DNA from: an uncultured Bacteroidia bacterium
GTDB taxonomy: Bacteria; Bacteroidota; Bacteroidia; J057; CALAJH01
DNA: 64,000 bases
NCBI GenBank assembly: GCA_937922655.1
Contig: CALAJH010000030.1
Location: 64,107 to 128,106, forward strand
Direction of reading: 5' to 3'
Every line of letters starts with the position of its first letter. The first letter of the stretch is position 1. The notes under the pieces were generated by a model, which was not told where the DNA came from, ran no database searches, and saw nothing but the letters and a program-made list of their open reading frames with translations. Position numbers and translations under genes: made by a program. Below are positions 53,643 through 62,264 of this stretch, one piece after another.

Positions 53643-55026
53643 ATTTTTGGAAAAACTGCGGCCGGGGCTTGAACAAACACCCGGAGTTAAGGCCGCGTTC
53701 GTCTTTGGTTCGTACGCCCGAGGCGAAGCCACCCAACAGTCCGATTTGGACGTGGCCTTGTGGGTCGAGACGCGTTTCGACCCACAAGCCGCCGCAAAAA
53801 CTTGGCGCTCGGCGCTCGGCGTTTTCGCCGTCCCCGTCGAAACCAAATCGAAAATCGCCCTTTTCGCTCCCGAACTCCGTATCGAAATCGCTTATTCCCA
53901 TCGTTTGGAAGATTTTGCACGCGATTACATCGGTTCGGAAATTCCCTCTCCCGAAGGCACGGTCGTTTTTGACCGAACGAGCGAAGTGTTGCCGTTTTTG
54001 CGTTCGCTCAACCCCGAAATCCGCATGGACGGCAAAGACAAAGACGTAATCGACGCCGTTCAAAAGTTTGTTTACAATTTTGAATGCGCCTCTTCGTATC
54101 ATCGACGTTCCGACGCCTACCGCTTTTATTACACTTACAACATCGCGCTCAACGAGGCCGTTCGCTTGGATTATTGGGCGCACGGTTGGAAAAAATTTTC
54201 TTACCTGCCCAAACGCATCAACGTCCTCTATTCCCTCGACGAACTCCAACGTTTCTATGAGCTCAACGGCACGCTTTTTTTGCGCGAAACCAACACCAAA
54301 AAACGAAAACTGCTCGATTATTTTTACCACGCAATTGAGAATTTGCAAGCCGTCGACCCCGTTTACGCCACTGAAATCAAAGAATTTTGCGAGTCGGTTT
54401 ACCGTCGGGACTACTTTTGGAACCTCAGGGACGTGGCGCAAAACAACGACGGAATTCGCCCCGGCGTCGTGTTTCGCTCTTCGTCGATGACTCCGTTTCA
54501 AAACGAGGCGCTCTTTGAGGAACTGATTCAAAACGTTACGACGTTCATCGACCTTCGCGCCGATGACGAAATAGAAAAAGAACCCTATTCCGACCCAATC
54601 CTTCGCCGTATTCGTTGGGTAAATTGTCCGCTCGACCCCTCGAAACAAAGCGAACACTTCCGCAATCACGAGCAGTACGGCACCAATTCCGAAATCGCTT
54701 ATCGTTTTTTCGCCGTCGAATGCGGACGGCAAATCGCGACGGCCATGCGTACCATCATTGACGCCGAAAAAGCCGTACTTATTCATTGTGCGGCGGGCAA
54801 AGACAGAACGGGTTGCGTGGTTTCGCTTTTGCATTTGCTCTCGGGCGCCTCGAAAGAAATCGTCTACGCCGACTACGCCGCCTCCGAAATGGATGTCGAA
54901 TTATCGACGCTCAACCAATTTTTGAACGTCGTCGAAGCTTGCGGCGGCGTGCGCGACTATCTCTTGTACGCGGGAATGAACACCGATGAAATCGAATTAT
55001 TAAAAACCAAAATATGCAAAAATTAA
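53626..55026 (+). CDS. Fusion protein: N-terminal minimal nucleotidyltransferase (pol-beta superfamily) plus a C-terminal Cys-based tyrosine/dual-specificity phosphatase domain
   Basis: The NTase motif is FVFGSYARGEATQQSDLDVALWV (GS...DxD). The central region is helical. The C-terminal part shows FRSSSM...IDLRADDE and the CX5R P-loop HCAAGKDRTG. It overlaps the upstream gene by 17 nt. Confidence 0.75.
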   Translation: MITQSKFLEKLRPGLEQTPGVKAAFVFGSYARGEATQQSDLDVALWVETRFDPQAAAKTWRSALGVFAVPVETKSKIALFAPELRIEIAYSHRLEDFARDYIGSEIPSPEGTVVFDRTSEVLPFLRSLNPEIRMDGKDKDVIDAVQKFVYNFECASSYHRRSDAYRFYYTYNIALNEAVRLDYWAHGWKKFSYLPKRINVLYSLDELQRFYELNGTLFLRETNTKKRKLLDYFYHAIENLQAVDPVYATEIKEFCESVYRRDYFWNLRDVAQNNDGIRPGVVFRSSSMTPFQNEALFEELIQNVTTFIDLRADDEIEKEPYSDPILRRIRWVNCPLDPSKQSEHFRNHEQYGTNSEIAYRFFAVECGRQIATAMRTIIDAEKAVLIHCAAGKDRTGCVVSLLHLLSGASKEIVYADYAASEMDVELSTLNQFLNVVEACGGVRDYLLYAGMNTDEIELLKTKICKN

Positions 55027-56708
55027 TAAAAAACAGTACGGCTTTGCCGTACGTGGGTGTGGGCTCGGGTCGCGACCCGGGCCTGCCCACCCTCGGCATT
55101 TACTCCGTTCCCGACAGGGGCGAATACAAGTGGCCCGGATTCACCCACGACCATTCCCTTTGCCTGATGGAAAACGGCAAAATCGTCACCTACCTTCACC
55201 TCGAGCGCTACAGCCGCCGCAAATACGACAATCGTTTGCACTTGTATTTGGACGAATTGGCGCCGCGGCTCGAATTGCCCGAACGTTTCGACGTCGTTTC
55301 GGTCAATTCTTTTGTCGGCACGGCGTTTTTGTCTCCTACGGGACGTTATTGGTTCGATTCCGCCACGCCTACGCGTCCCGTTGTCGGGCTTCGCGCCGGC
55401 ATGGGCCATTGGAACGGCCAACAAGCCTATTTTCACGGCATCGACCATGAATTGGCGCATGTGTTCAGCGTAACGCCTTTTTTCCCCGACATACATGAAA
55501 ATTCGCTGTTCGTGCATTTCGACGGCGGCGCCACCCACGGCAATTTTTCCGCCTATCTTTACCGAAACGGCAAACTCAATAAACTCGAATGCCACTGGGA
55601 ATTAAGCCGACTTTCCAAGTGGTTCAACGACAACGCCTTGACGTTCAAAATGCTCGGCGCCGAACCGGGAGAACACTGTTCGGTGCCGGGTAAACTCATG
55701 GGTTACGCCGCCTTTGGAACCCCCGACGACGAAATCGCTCAATGGCTCGTCGAAAACGACTATTTTCGCGACATTTGGACCGACCCTTCGCCCTTTTTCC
55801 ATTCGGCCCGCCGACGCTTCGGGTTTGCCGCAACCGACCTTGATTTGCGCGACGCCTTCGTCCAAAACGTCGCCGCCACCTTTCAATGGATGTTTGAAAA
55901 CGAAGCGACAAAAAAAATCCTCGAACTTCAGGCAAAAACCGGGGCCGAATATTTGTATTATGCGGGCGGTTGCGCCCTCAACATCGTTACCAACACCAAA
56001 ATCGTCGAATCGGGAGCGTTTCGGGACGTGTTTATTCCTCCGTGTTGCAACGATTCGGGATTGAGCGTCGGCGCGGCGGCGTTCGTCGAATGGCAAAAAC
56101 ACGGAAAACTCTACGAGCACGGGCCGTATTTAAACAATTTTGGAACGATGGAATGCGCCGTCGAACCCGAAACGGTACAAGCGGCCGCGGAAACGATAAT
56201 GGCGGGTGGAATCGTGGGCGTTTGCAACGGTGCGGGCGAGGCCGGCCCCCGCGCCCTCGGCAACCGCTCGCTTCTGGCCCGTGCCGACGACCCCCGTTTG
56301 GCTTACAAAATCAGCGTCGAATGCAAAAAACGCGAATGGTATCGGCCCGTAGCGCCCGTGGTTTTGTCAAAAAACGCCGAACGTTTTACCGATACGCCCG
56401 TTAAACATTCTCTTGCCCGGTTCATGTTGTTGGACTATTGGGTTCCCGAAGAAAAAAGGGAAGGCATTACGGGTGCGGTTCACGTCAACGGCACCGCACG
56501 CATGCAAACCTTTCAATCCCGCGACGAAAACCCCTTTGTCTTCGAGCTGTTGAGTCTATTGGAAACCCAAGGCGTGTACGCTTTAATTAATACGTCGTTC
56601 AACGCCGCCGGCGAACCGATTGTACACACGTCCGAACAGGCGTTGGCCTCCCAACGTTCGATGCGGCTCGACGGCTTGGTTCTAAATCAAAAGTGGATAA
56701 AAAAGTAA
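55014..56708 (+). CDS. Carbamoyltransferase of the NodU/CmcH/TobZ family
   Basis: HDHSLCLMENGKIVTYLHLERYSRRKYD in the N-terminal ASKHA-like region, YYAGGCALNIVTN, GPRALGNRSLLA and C-terminal-domain motifs NTSFNAAGEPIV. It overlaps the upstream gene by 13 nt. Confidence 0.85.
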   Translation: MQKLIKNSTALPYVGVGSGRDPGLPTLGIYSVPDRGEYKWPGFTHDHSLCLMENGKIVTYLHLERYSRRKYDNRLHLYLDELAPRLELPERFDVVSVNSFVGTAFLSPTGRYWFDSATPTRPVVGLRAGMGHWNGQQAYFHGIDHELAHVFSVTPFFPDIHENSLFVHFDGGATHGNFSAYLYRNGKLNKLECHWELSRLSKWFNDNALTFKMLGAEPGEHCSVPGKLMGYAAFGTPDDEIAQWLVENDYFRDIWTDPSPFFHSARRRFGFAATDLDLRDAFVQNVAATFQWMFENEATKKILELQAKTGAEYLYYAGGCALNIVTNTKIVESGAFRDVFIPPCCNDSGLSVGAAAFVEWQKHGKLYEHGPYLNNFGTMECAVEPETVQAAAETIMAGGIVGVCNGAGEAGPRALGNRSLLARADDPRLAYKISVECKKREWYRPVAPVVLSKNAERFTDTPVKHSLARFMLLDYWVPEEKREGITGAVHVNGTARMQTFQSRDENPFVFELLSLLETQGVYALINTSFNAAGEPIVHTSEQALASQRSMRLDGLVLNQKWIKK

Positions 56709-56870
56709 TATACGGGTATTTTTATGAAATTTTACGCCGGCGCAAAAGGACGTGATACGTAGCAAACGGCCGTGAGCGCCATGCTCCCTTGTCGCCTTCA
56801 AAGCGTCGGCTTTTCGTCTTGTAAGTATTTTCGCAAGACTTTCGCGGGCGCTTTGAGGGCGGAGCGGGGG

Positions 56871-56898
56871 AGAACCGTTTTTACTTGTTTAAACGGTT
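56871..56898 (+). terminator. Stem-loop downstream of the operon, a weak terminator candidate
   Basis: GAACCGTTT (56871-56879) pairs with AAACGGTTC (56890-56898) across a 10-nt loop. No T-run follows. Confidence 0.3.
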
Positions 56899-56940
56899 CG
56901 CAAATCGAAGCCGGGTTGTTGCCGAGGCGAAATAAAAAAC

Positions 56941-56948
56941 TATTTTTG
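56941..56948 (+). promoter_or_regulatory. Bacteroidota -7 box (TAnnTTTG)
   Basis: TATTTTTG lies 21 nt upstream of the ATG at 56969. It lies too close to the alternative ATG at 56951. Confidence 0.4.
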
Positions 56949-56968
56949 TAATGAAAATTAACATTGAC

Positions 56969-59755
56969 ATGAAATTGGTTTATACGTTTTGGTTGTGTTT
57001 GCAATCGACGGCGTGGGCACAGGCGGAATACGGCCCGTCCACACCGCCCGGGCGTTTGTACAACCTCAACCACGGTCCCGTATATTTTCTTCCCCCCGTC
57101 AACGTGGATTCCTTACGCGCGGCCGACGAAATCGAGCAGGGGCAAAATCTTCCGTTTCGTTTCGGTTACGCCATAAAAACGAGCTTCGATATCGTCGACG
57201 ACGGCACGGAAGCGATATTGCCCGACGGTTCGTCGCTTTGGCGCATGACCGTTTATGCACCGGGAGCTTATTCGTTGAACTTTGTTTTCGACGCTTTTTT
57301 CATGCCCGAAGGCGGCGAACTTTACATTTACTCGCCGGAGCACGATTTTTATCGCGGCGCCTTTACGCACAAATCCACCCGTTCGGACAGCGCGTTTGCC
57401 ACCGCGCCCCTACCCGGCGACCGCGTCGTTTTTGAGTATCGCCGTTTTCCCGGTTCCCCGCCCGCCAAACTCAAACTTGGGACTACCGTTTACGGTTACA
57501 AAGACGTTTTTTTCAAAAACACTTCGGGATACGGCGATTCGGGCTCGTGCAACGTGAACGTCAATTGTCCCGCGGGCGCAAATTGGCAAAATCAAAAAAA
57601 AGGCGTGGCGATGATTTTGACCTCGGGCGGCACGCGCATCTGTTCGGGGTCGTTGATAAACAACGTGCGTCAGGACGGCAAGCCTTACTTTTTGACCGCC
57701 CAACATTGTTTGGATTCGGGTTCCAACAACTGGATTTTTATGTTTAATTACGAAAGTCCGGGTTGTACAAATCAAAACGGGCCGACCAACCAAACGCTGC
57801 AAGGCTGCGTTACCCGCGCCTCATGGTCGTCGGGGGACTTCGCCCTCCTCGAACTCAATCAACGACCGCAAAGTTTTTACAACGTATATTACAACGGTTG
57901 GAACAGGACGACATCGGCGCCCGCGGCGCCCGTCGGCATCCATCACCCTTCGGGCGACGTCAAGAAAATAAGTTTCGACAATCAGTCCGCCGTTTCGGGG
58001 ACGTACACAAGTTTGAGCAACGGGCATTGGCGTGTGGTGTGGGATACGGGAACGACCGAAGGCGGCTCGTCGGGGTCGCCGCTGTTCAATTCGTCGGGAC
58101 AGATAGTCGGCGACCTTTCCGGAGGATTGGCCGCCTGTTCAAGACCCAACGAAAGCGATTATTACGGAAAATTCAGCGTCAATTGGTCGGGAAACAACAC
58201 CAATTCCACCCGCCTGAGCAATTGGCTCGACCCCGACAATACGGGCGTTACGTCGCTCAACGGCGCCTACATCACCGAATGCAATTTGTCGGCAAGCATC
58301 GGAGCGGACAAAAATTCGATTTGCCGCCAGCAAGAAAGCGCCGTTTTGACGGCAAGCGCGACGGGCGCCAACGGTTCGGTAAGTTATTCTTGGGCGCCGA
58401 GCACGGGCTTGAACGCGACGGTCGGCGCCGTCGTAACCGCCAATCCCACCGTCAATACCGTTTACACCGTCACCGCCACCGACGGCGCCAATTGTAGCGC
58501 CACGGCTACGTTTACGCTGACGGTGATAAGTCCGCCGACGGCCACGCTTTCCACCGCCGACGGCAAAACGCGTTATTGCCGCCACGACGCGTCCGTCGCT
58601 TTAAACGCGGACGTTTCCGGGGGAAGTTTTTCGGGCCCCGGCGTTTCCAACGGGACTTTTAATCCAAACACGGCCGGCGTTGGAACCCACGTCGTCAATT
58701 ATTTCGGTGGAACGCTGCCTCCTTACACTTTTACCAACGACCTCGTTAGGAGCATCGCCGACAATACCTGCTCGGCCGGTACGGGGCTTACGTCCACAAT
58801 TTCGGTCTCGGGATTGCCCACGGTTTTGACGCAGGCAATGGCCGCCAAGATGTTCGTTGCTTTGAACATCAACCATACATGGGTAAGGGATTTGGTCGTT
58901 TTTTTGCGTTCTCCATCCAACGCGCGCACGCTGTTGTTGGTTTATCGCGTTGGTGGACAGGGTGCGGTGAACATGGTCAATACCGTGCTTTCCGACGATG
59001 GGACGATACCGATATGGGAGGGGGTGGCGCCGTTTACCGGCACGTACCGCCCCGACGGTTACCTTGAAACCCAATGCGGTCTGACTTCGAACATTGCCAC
59101 GTTTTCCGCGTTTGCGGGCGTCAATCCCAACGGAACGTGGACGTTGAGAATTTTCGACGCGGCCGCCGACGATACCGGGACGTTGCAAAATTGGACGTTG
59201 GGATTCGGAAACGAAAATCCTTGCGCCGCTTCGGGAACGCTGACGTTGCAGGTGGTCGCCAATCCTACGGTAAGCGCATCGTCTTCGCCGTCGTTGCCCG
59301 GCCAAAACACGGGAAGCGTAACGGCGGTCGGCGCCGGCGGAAACGCTCCTTACGCGTATTCGCTCAACGGCGGCGTTTTTCAGTCCGATGCAACGTTTAA
59401 CGGCCTTGCGTCGGGAAGCTATGTCGTTACCGTCCGAGACGCCAACGATTGTAGCGCAAGCGTCATAGTATCGGTGCAGGAATCGCAGGCCGTTTGGCCG
59501 GGCGATGCGGACAACAACGGGACCGTTACGCTTACCGACTATTATTTTACCGCCGCCGCTTACAATCGAACGGGGCCGGCAAGGGCGTTGCAAGGAATAA
59601 CGTGGCAGGCTTACGCCGCTCCCGCGTTGTGGGCGACGAGCCAGTTGATTCAAGGCGCGACGGTCAACCACATGTATACCGACGCAAACGGCGACGGCGT
59701 GGTTAATCTCTTCGATTTGGCCGCGACGGTACTTAATCGGGGCCGTACTCGTTAG
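56969..59755 (+). CDS. Secreted S1-family (lysyl-endopeptidase-like) serine protease with Ig-like modules, a proprotein-convertase-type P domain, a SprB repeat and a dockerin-like C-terminal domain
   Basis: Signal peptide MKLVYTFWLCLQSTAWAQA. Catalytic motifs are SGSLINNVRQDGKPYFLTAQHC (His) and TTEGGSSGSPLF (Ser). The P-domain pattern is LNINHTWVRDLVVFLRSPSNARTLL...NGTWTLRIFDAAADDTGTLQNWTLGFG. The SprB repeat shows GGNAPYAYSLNGGVFQ. The C-terminus aligns with that of the CUB protein. Confidence 0.85.
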   Translation: MKLVYTFWLCLQSTAWAQAEYGPSTPPGRLYNLNHGPVYFLPPVNVDSLRAADEIEQGQNLPFRFGYAIKTSFDIVDDGTEAILPDGSSLWRMTVYAPGAYSLNFVFDAFFMPEGGELYIYSPEHDFYRGAFTHKSTRSDSAFATAPLPGDRVVFEYRRFPGSPPAKLKLGTTVYGYKDVFFKNTSGYGDSGSCNVNVNCPAGANWQNQKKGVAMILTSGGTRICSGSLINNVRQDGKPYFLTAQHCLDSGSNNWIFMFNYESPGCTNQNGPTNQTLQGCVTRASWSSGDFALLELNQRPQSFYNVYYNGWNRTTSAPAAPVGIHHPSGDVKKISFDNQSAVSGTYTSLSNGHWRVVWDTGTTEGGSSGSPLFNSSGQIVGDLSGGLAACSRPNESDYYGKFSVNWSGNNTNSTRLSNWLDPDNTGVTSLNGAYITECNLSASIGADKNSICRQQESAVLTASATGANGSVSYSWAPSTGLNATVGAVVTANPTVNTVYTVTATDGANCSATATFTLTVISPPTATLSTADGKTRYCRHDASVALNADVSGGSFSGPGVSNGTFNPNTAGVGTHVVNYFGGTLPPYTFTNDLVRSIADNTCSAGTGLTSTISVSGLPTVLTQAMAAKMFVALNINHTWVRDLVVFLRSPSNARTLLLVYRVGGQGAVNMVNTVLSDDGTIPIWEGVAPFTGTYRPDGYLETQCGLTSNIATFSAFAGVNPNGTWTLRIFDAAADDTGTLQNWTLGFGNENPCAASGTLTLQVVANPTVSASSSPSLPGQNTGSVTAVGAGGNAPYAYSLNGGVFQSDATFNGLASGSYVVTVRDANDCSASVIVSVQESQAVWPGDADNNGTVTLTDYYFTAAAYNRTGPARALQGITWQAYAAPALWATSQLIQGATVNHMYTDANGDGVVNLFDLAATVLNRGRTR
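59492..59752 (+). other. Dockerin-like C-terminal domain, copy 2
   Basis: VWPGDADNNGTVTLTDYYF...GPARALQG..W......W........GATVN....DANGDGVVNLFDLAATVLNRG. By eye roughly half the positions are identical to 28382..28639. Confidence 0.6.
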
Positions 59756-60228
59756 TCAAATTCGACGAGGACGGCGTTTTTTTCAACGGCGGCGCCGGAA
59801 GCGACGCGAACGGCTTTAATTCGGACGGCGGCCGGAGCTTTAAGCATGTTTTCCATTTTCATGGCTTCAAGGGTAAGGATTGGGGCGCCGGCCTCGATGC
59901 TTTGGCCCGTTTCTACGAACACCGCTTTAACCAAGCCCGGCATCGGCGCTCGAAGGTCTTTGGTTTTGCCACCGCTTGCCGTCGTTTTACCTATGATTTC
60001 CAACGCCCGCATGCCGGGCGTTTTTACTTTTACCTCTAAGGTTTTGCCGTTGACGCGCAATCGTCGTTTGTTTCCGTCCGTTCCCAAATCGTAGACCGTC
60101 AATGTTTTGCCGTTCAACCGTACCCGGGTTATGCGAGGATGTTCGCGCCAAACTTTTGTTTGATGCCCTCCAACCTTGCCGTCGGCCACGGTCAGCGTTT
60201 GCCCTTCTATTTCGACCTCAAAATTCAT
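59752..60228 (-). CDS. Biotin/lipoyl-attachment domain protein (biotin carboxyl carrier-like)
   Basis: The C-terminal LEAMKMENMLKAP carries the AMKM biotinylation motif within a barrel-sandwich hybrid domain. Confidence 0.8.
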   Translation of the reverse strand: MNFEVEIEGQTLTVADGKVGGHQTKVWREHPRITRVRLNGKTLTVYDLGTDGNKRRLRVNGKTLEVKVKTPGMRALEIIGKTTASGGKTKDLRAPMPGLVKAVFVETGQSIEAGAPILTLEAMKMENMLKAPAAVRIKAVRVASGAAVEKNAVLVEFD

Positions 60229-60345
60229 TTTTCAAGATTGTCGCTTACCGAAACGCAATTATAAGAAATTCGACGCGAAACGCTTGAACGTTCTTTGAGT
60301 ATGCATGGAATTTGCGGTAATTTTACGCCCGCAAAATATTTTACA

Positions 60346-61326
60346 ATGAGGGTGGCGATAGTGGGGGCGACGGGATTGGTCGGCCGGACGATGATAAACG
60401 TATTGGAGGAGTTTCGGTTTCCGGTTACGGAATGGGTGGCGTGTGCGTCGGAGGGGTCGGCGGGACGGGAAATGGAGGCGTTCGGGATAAAAACCCGCGT
60501 GGCAACGGTGAAGGAGGGTTTGTCCATGCGTCCCGACGTGGCGCTGTTCAGCGCCGGGGGCGCGGTTTCCAAAGAATGGGCGCCCGTTTTCGCCGAAGCC
60601 GGAAGCCTTGTCGTGGACAACTCTTCGGCTTGGCGCATGGACCCCGAAGTGCCGCTCGTCGTTCCCGAAATCAACATCGAAACGGCGCGGGGAAAAAAAC
60701 TTATCGCCAATCCCAACTGTTCAACGATACAAATGGTTTTGGCGCTTGCGCCGCTAAAAAAACGTTACGGCATCGAGCGCATCGTCGTTTCGACGTACCA
60801 AGCGGTTACGGGAACGGGACAAAAAGCGGTCGAACAACTGATGGCCGAACGCTCGAAGCCCGGTACGCCCTTGTCCGTTTATCCGCATCCGATAGACCTT
60901 AACTGCATCCCGCAATGCGACGTTTTCATGGACAACGGCTATACCCGCGAGGAAATGAAACTCGTCAACGAAACCCAAAAGATATTCGACGACCCGACCA
61001 TCGGCGTTACGGCGACGGCCGTTCGCGTGCCGGTTTTGGGCGGTCATTCGGAATCGGTGAACGTTACCTTGCGGGAAGAATATGATTTGGACGAAGTCAA
61101 ATCGTTGATGGTCAATGCGCCGGGGGTAATTTTACTGGACGAACCGAGTTCGAGCCGGTATCCGATGCCGATATTGTCCGAGGGGAAGAACGAGGTGTTC
61201 GTTGGGCGCCTACGCCGCGACGAAAGCATGCCCCGAACGTTAAACATGTGGATTGTGGCGGACAACCTGCGCAAAGGCGCAGCCACCAACGCCGTGCAAA
61301 TCGCGAAAGCGCTTTTGGACGTTTAA
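60346..61326 (+). CDS. asd: Aspartate-semialdehyde dehydrogenase
   Basis: MRVAIVGATGLVGRTM, the active-site NPNCSTIQMVLAL, TYQAVTGTGQKAV and the C-terminal DNLRKGAATNAVQIAE-like motif. Confidence 0.92.
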   Translation: MRVAIVGATGLVGRTMINVLEEFRFPVTEWVACASEGSAGREMEAFGIKTRVATVKEGLSMRPDVALFSAGGAVSKEWAPVFAEAGSLVVDNSSAWRMDPEVPLVVPEINIETARGKKLIANPNCSTIQMVLALAPLKKRYGIERIVVSTYQAVTGTGQKAVEQLMAERSKPGTPLSVYPHPIDLNCIPQCDVFMDNGYTREEMKLVNETQKIFDDPTIGVTATAVRVPVLGGHSESVNVTLREEYDLDEVKSLMVNAPGVILLDEPSSSRYPMPILSEGKNEVFVGRLRRDESMPRTLNMWIVADNLRKGAATNAVQIAKALLDV

Positions 61327-61337
61327 CGCGCGGGCGT

Positions 61338-62264
61338 TTAGCGTACGTATTTTTTGCTGTCCACGCCGCGAAGGTACATGCCGGCGCCGTTCCACGTCCG
61401 GCGTTTGGGGGATTGGTAACACGATTCCGAACATGCGCCTTCGTATTTTTTTATGCACTCGGGGCAAATCAAAAACAGGTCGTTGCATGCCGCGTTGGCG
61501 CAATTGACGTATTTTTCGGTGGGAGCGGCGCAAATTTTGCATTTTCCCACCACCGTGGGATTGACGCGATTGACCGGGGAAACGAGTCTTTCGTCAAAAA
61601 CAAAACACGTTCCCTCAAAAAATTCGCCGCCCGTTTCTTGTCCGTAACGGACGATGCCGCCGCGCAATTGGGCCACGTCTTCGAAGCCTAAATCCATGAG
61701 CCAGCCCGTCAGTTTTTCGCACCGGATGCCGCCGGTACAATAAGTTACGACGGTTTTGTCCTTGAATTTTTCGAGTTGTGCGGCAAGCTTGGGAGTTTCG
61801 CGAAAATATTGAATTTCAAGGGGCAAAGCGCCTTTAAAGCGCCCAACTTCGTACTCAAAAAGCGAACGACCGTCGAGAAAAACGACGTTTTCGGGGGTGT
61901 TTTTCAATAAGCTGTGCATTTCGTTGGGTTCGATGTAGCGTCCGGTGCGTTGCCAAGGCTTGGGGGCGCCGGCTACGCCAAAATTCACGAGTTCGGGCTT
62001 GACGCGTACGTGCAATTTGTGAAACACGGGCCCGTCCGCGTATTCTTGTTTGAATTCCGTGCCCGCGAACAGCGGGTGAACGGCAACGGCGGACATGTAA
62101 GCGTCGCAAGCCTCATTCGTACCGCAAACCGTACCGTTTATCCCTTCGGGTGCGATTAAAATTCGACCCTTTAAACCCAACGACGCACACAATGCAAAAT
62201 GTTCGTCGCGTTCTTTTTGGGGGTTTAGAACCTCGACGAATTTATAATACAACAATATCTTCAT
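61338..62264 (-). CDS. trhO: Rhodanese-domain tRNA uridine(34) hydroxylase (UPF0176/YceA family)
   Basis: ILLYYKF....P........LC..LGLKGRILIAPEGINGTV at the N-terminus, a rhodanese loop YCTGGIRCEK, and a Cys-rich C-terminal tail. Confidence 0.85.
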   Translation of the reverse strand: MKILLYYKFVEVLNPQKERDEHFALCASLGLKGRILIAPEGINGTVCGTNEACDAYMSAVAVHPLFAGTEFKQEYADGPVFHKLHVRVKPELVNFGVAGAPKPWQRTGRYIEPNEMHSLLKNTPENVVFLDGRSLFEYEVGRFKGALPLEIQYFRETPKLAAQLEKFKDKTVVTYCTGGIRCEKLTGWLMDLGFEDVAQLRGGIVRYGQETGGEFFEGTCFVFDERLVSPVNRVNPTVVGKCKICAAPTEKYVNCANAACNDLFLICPECIKKYEGACSESCYQSPKRRTWNGAGMYLRGVDSKKYVR

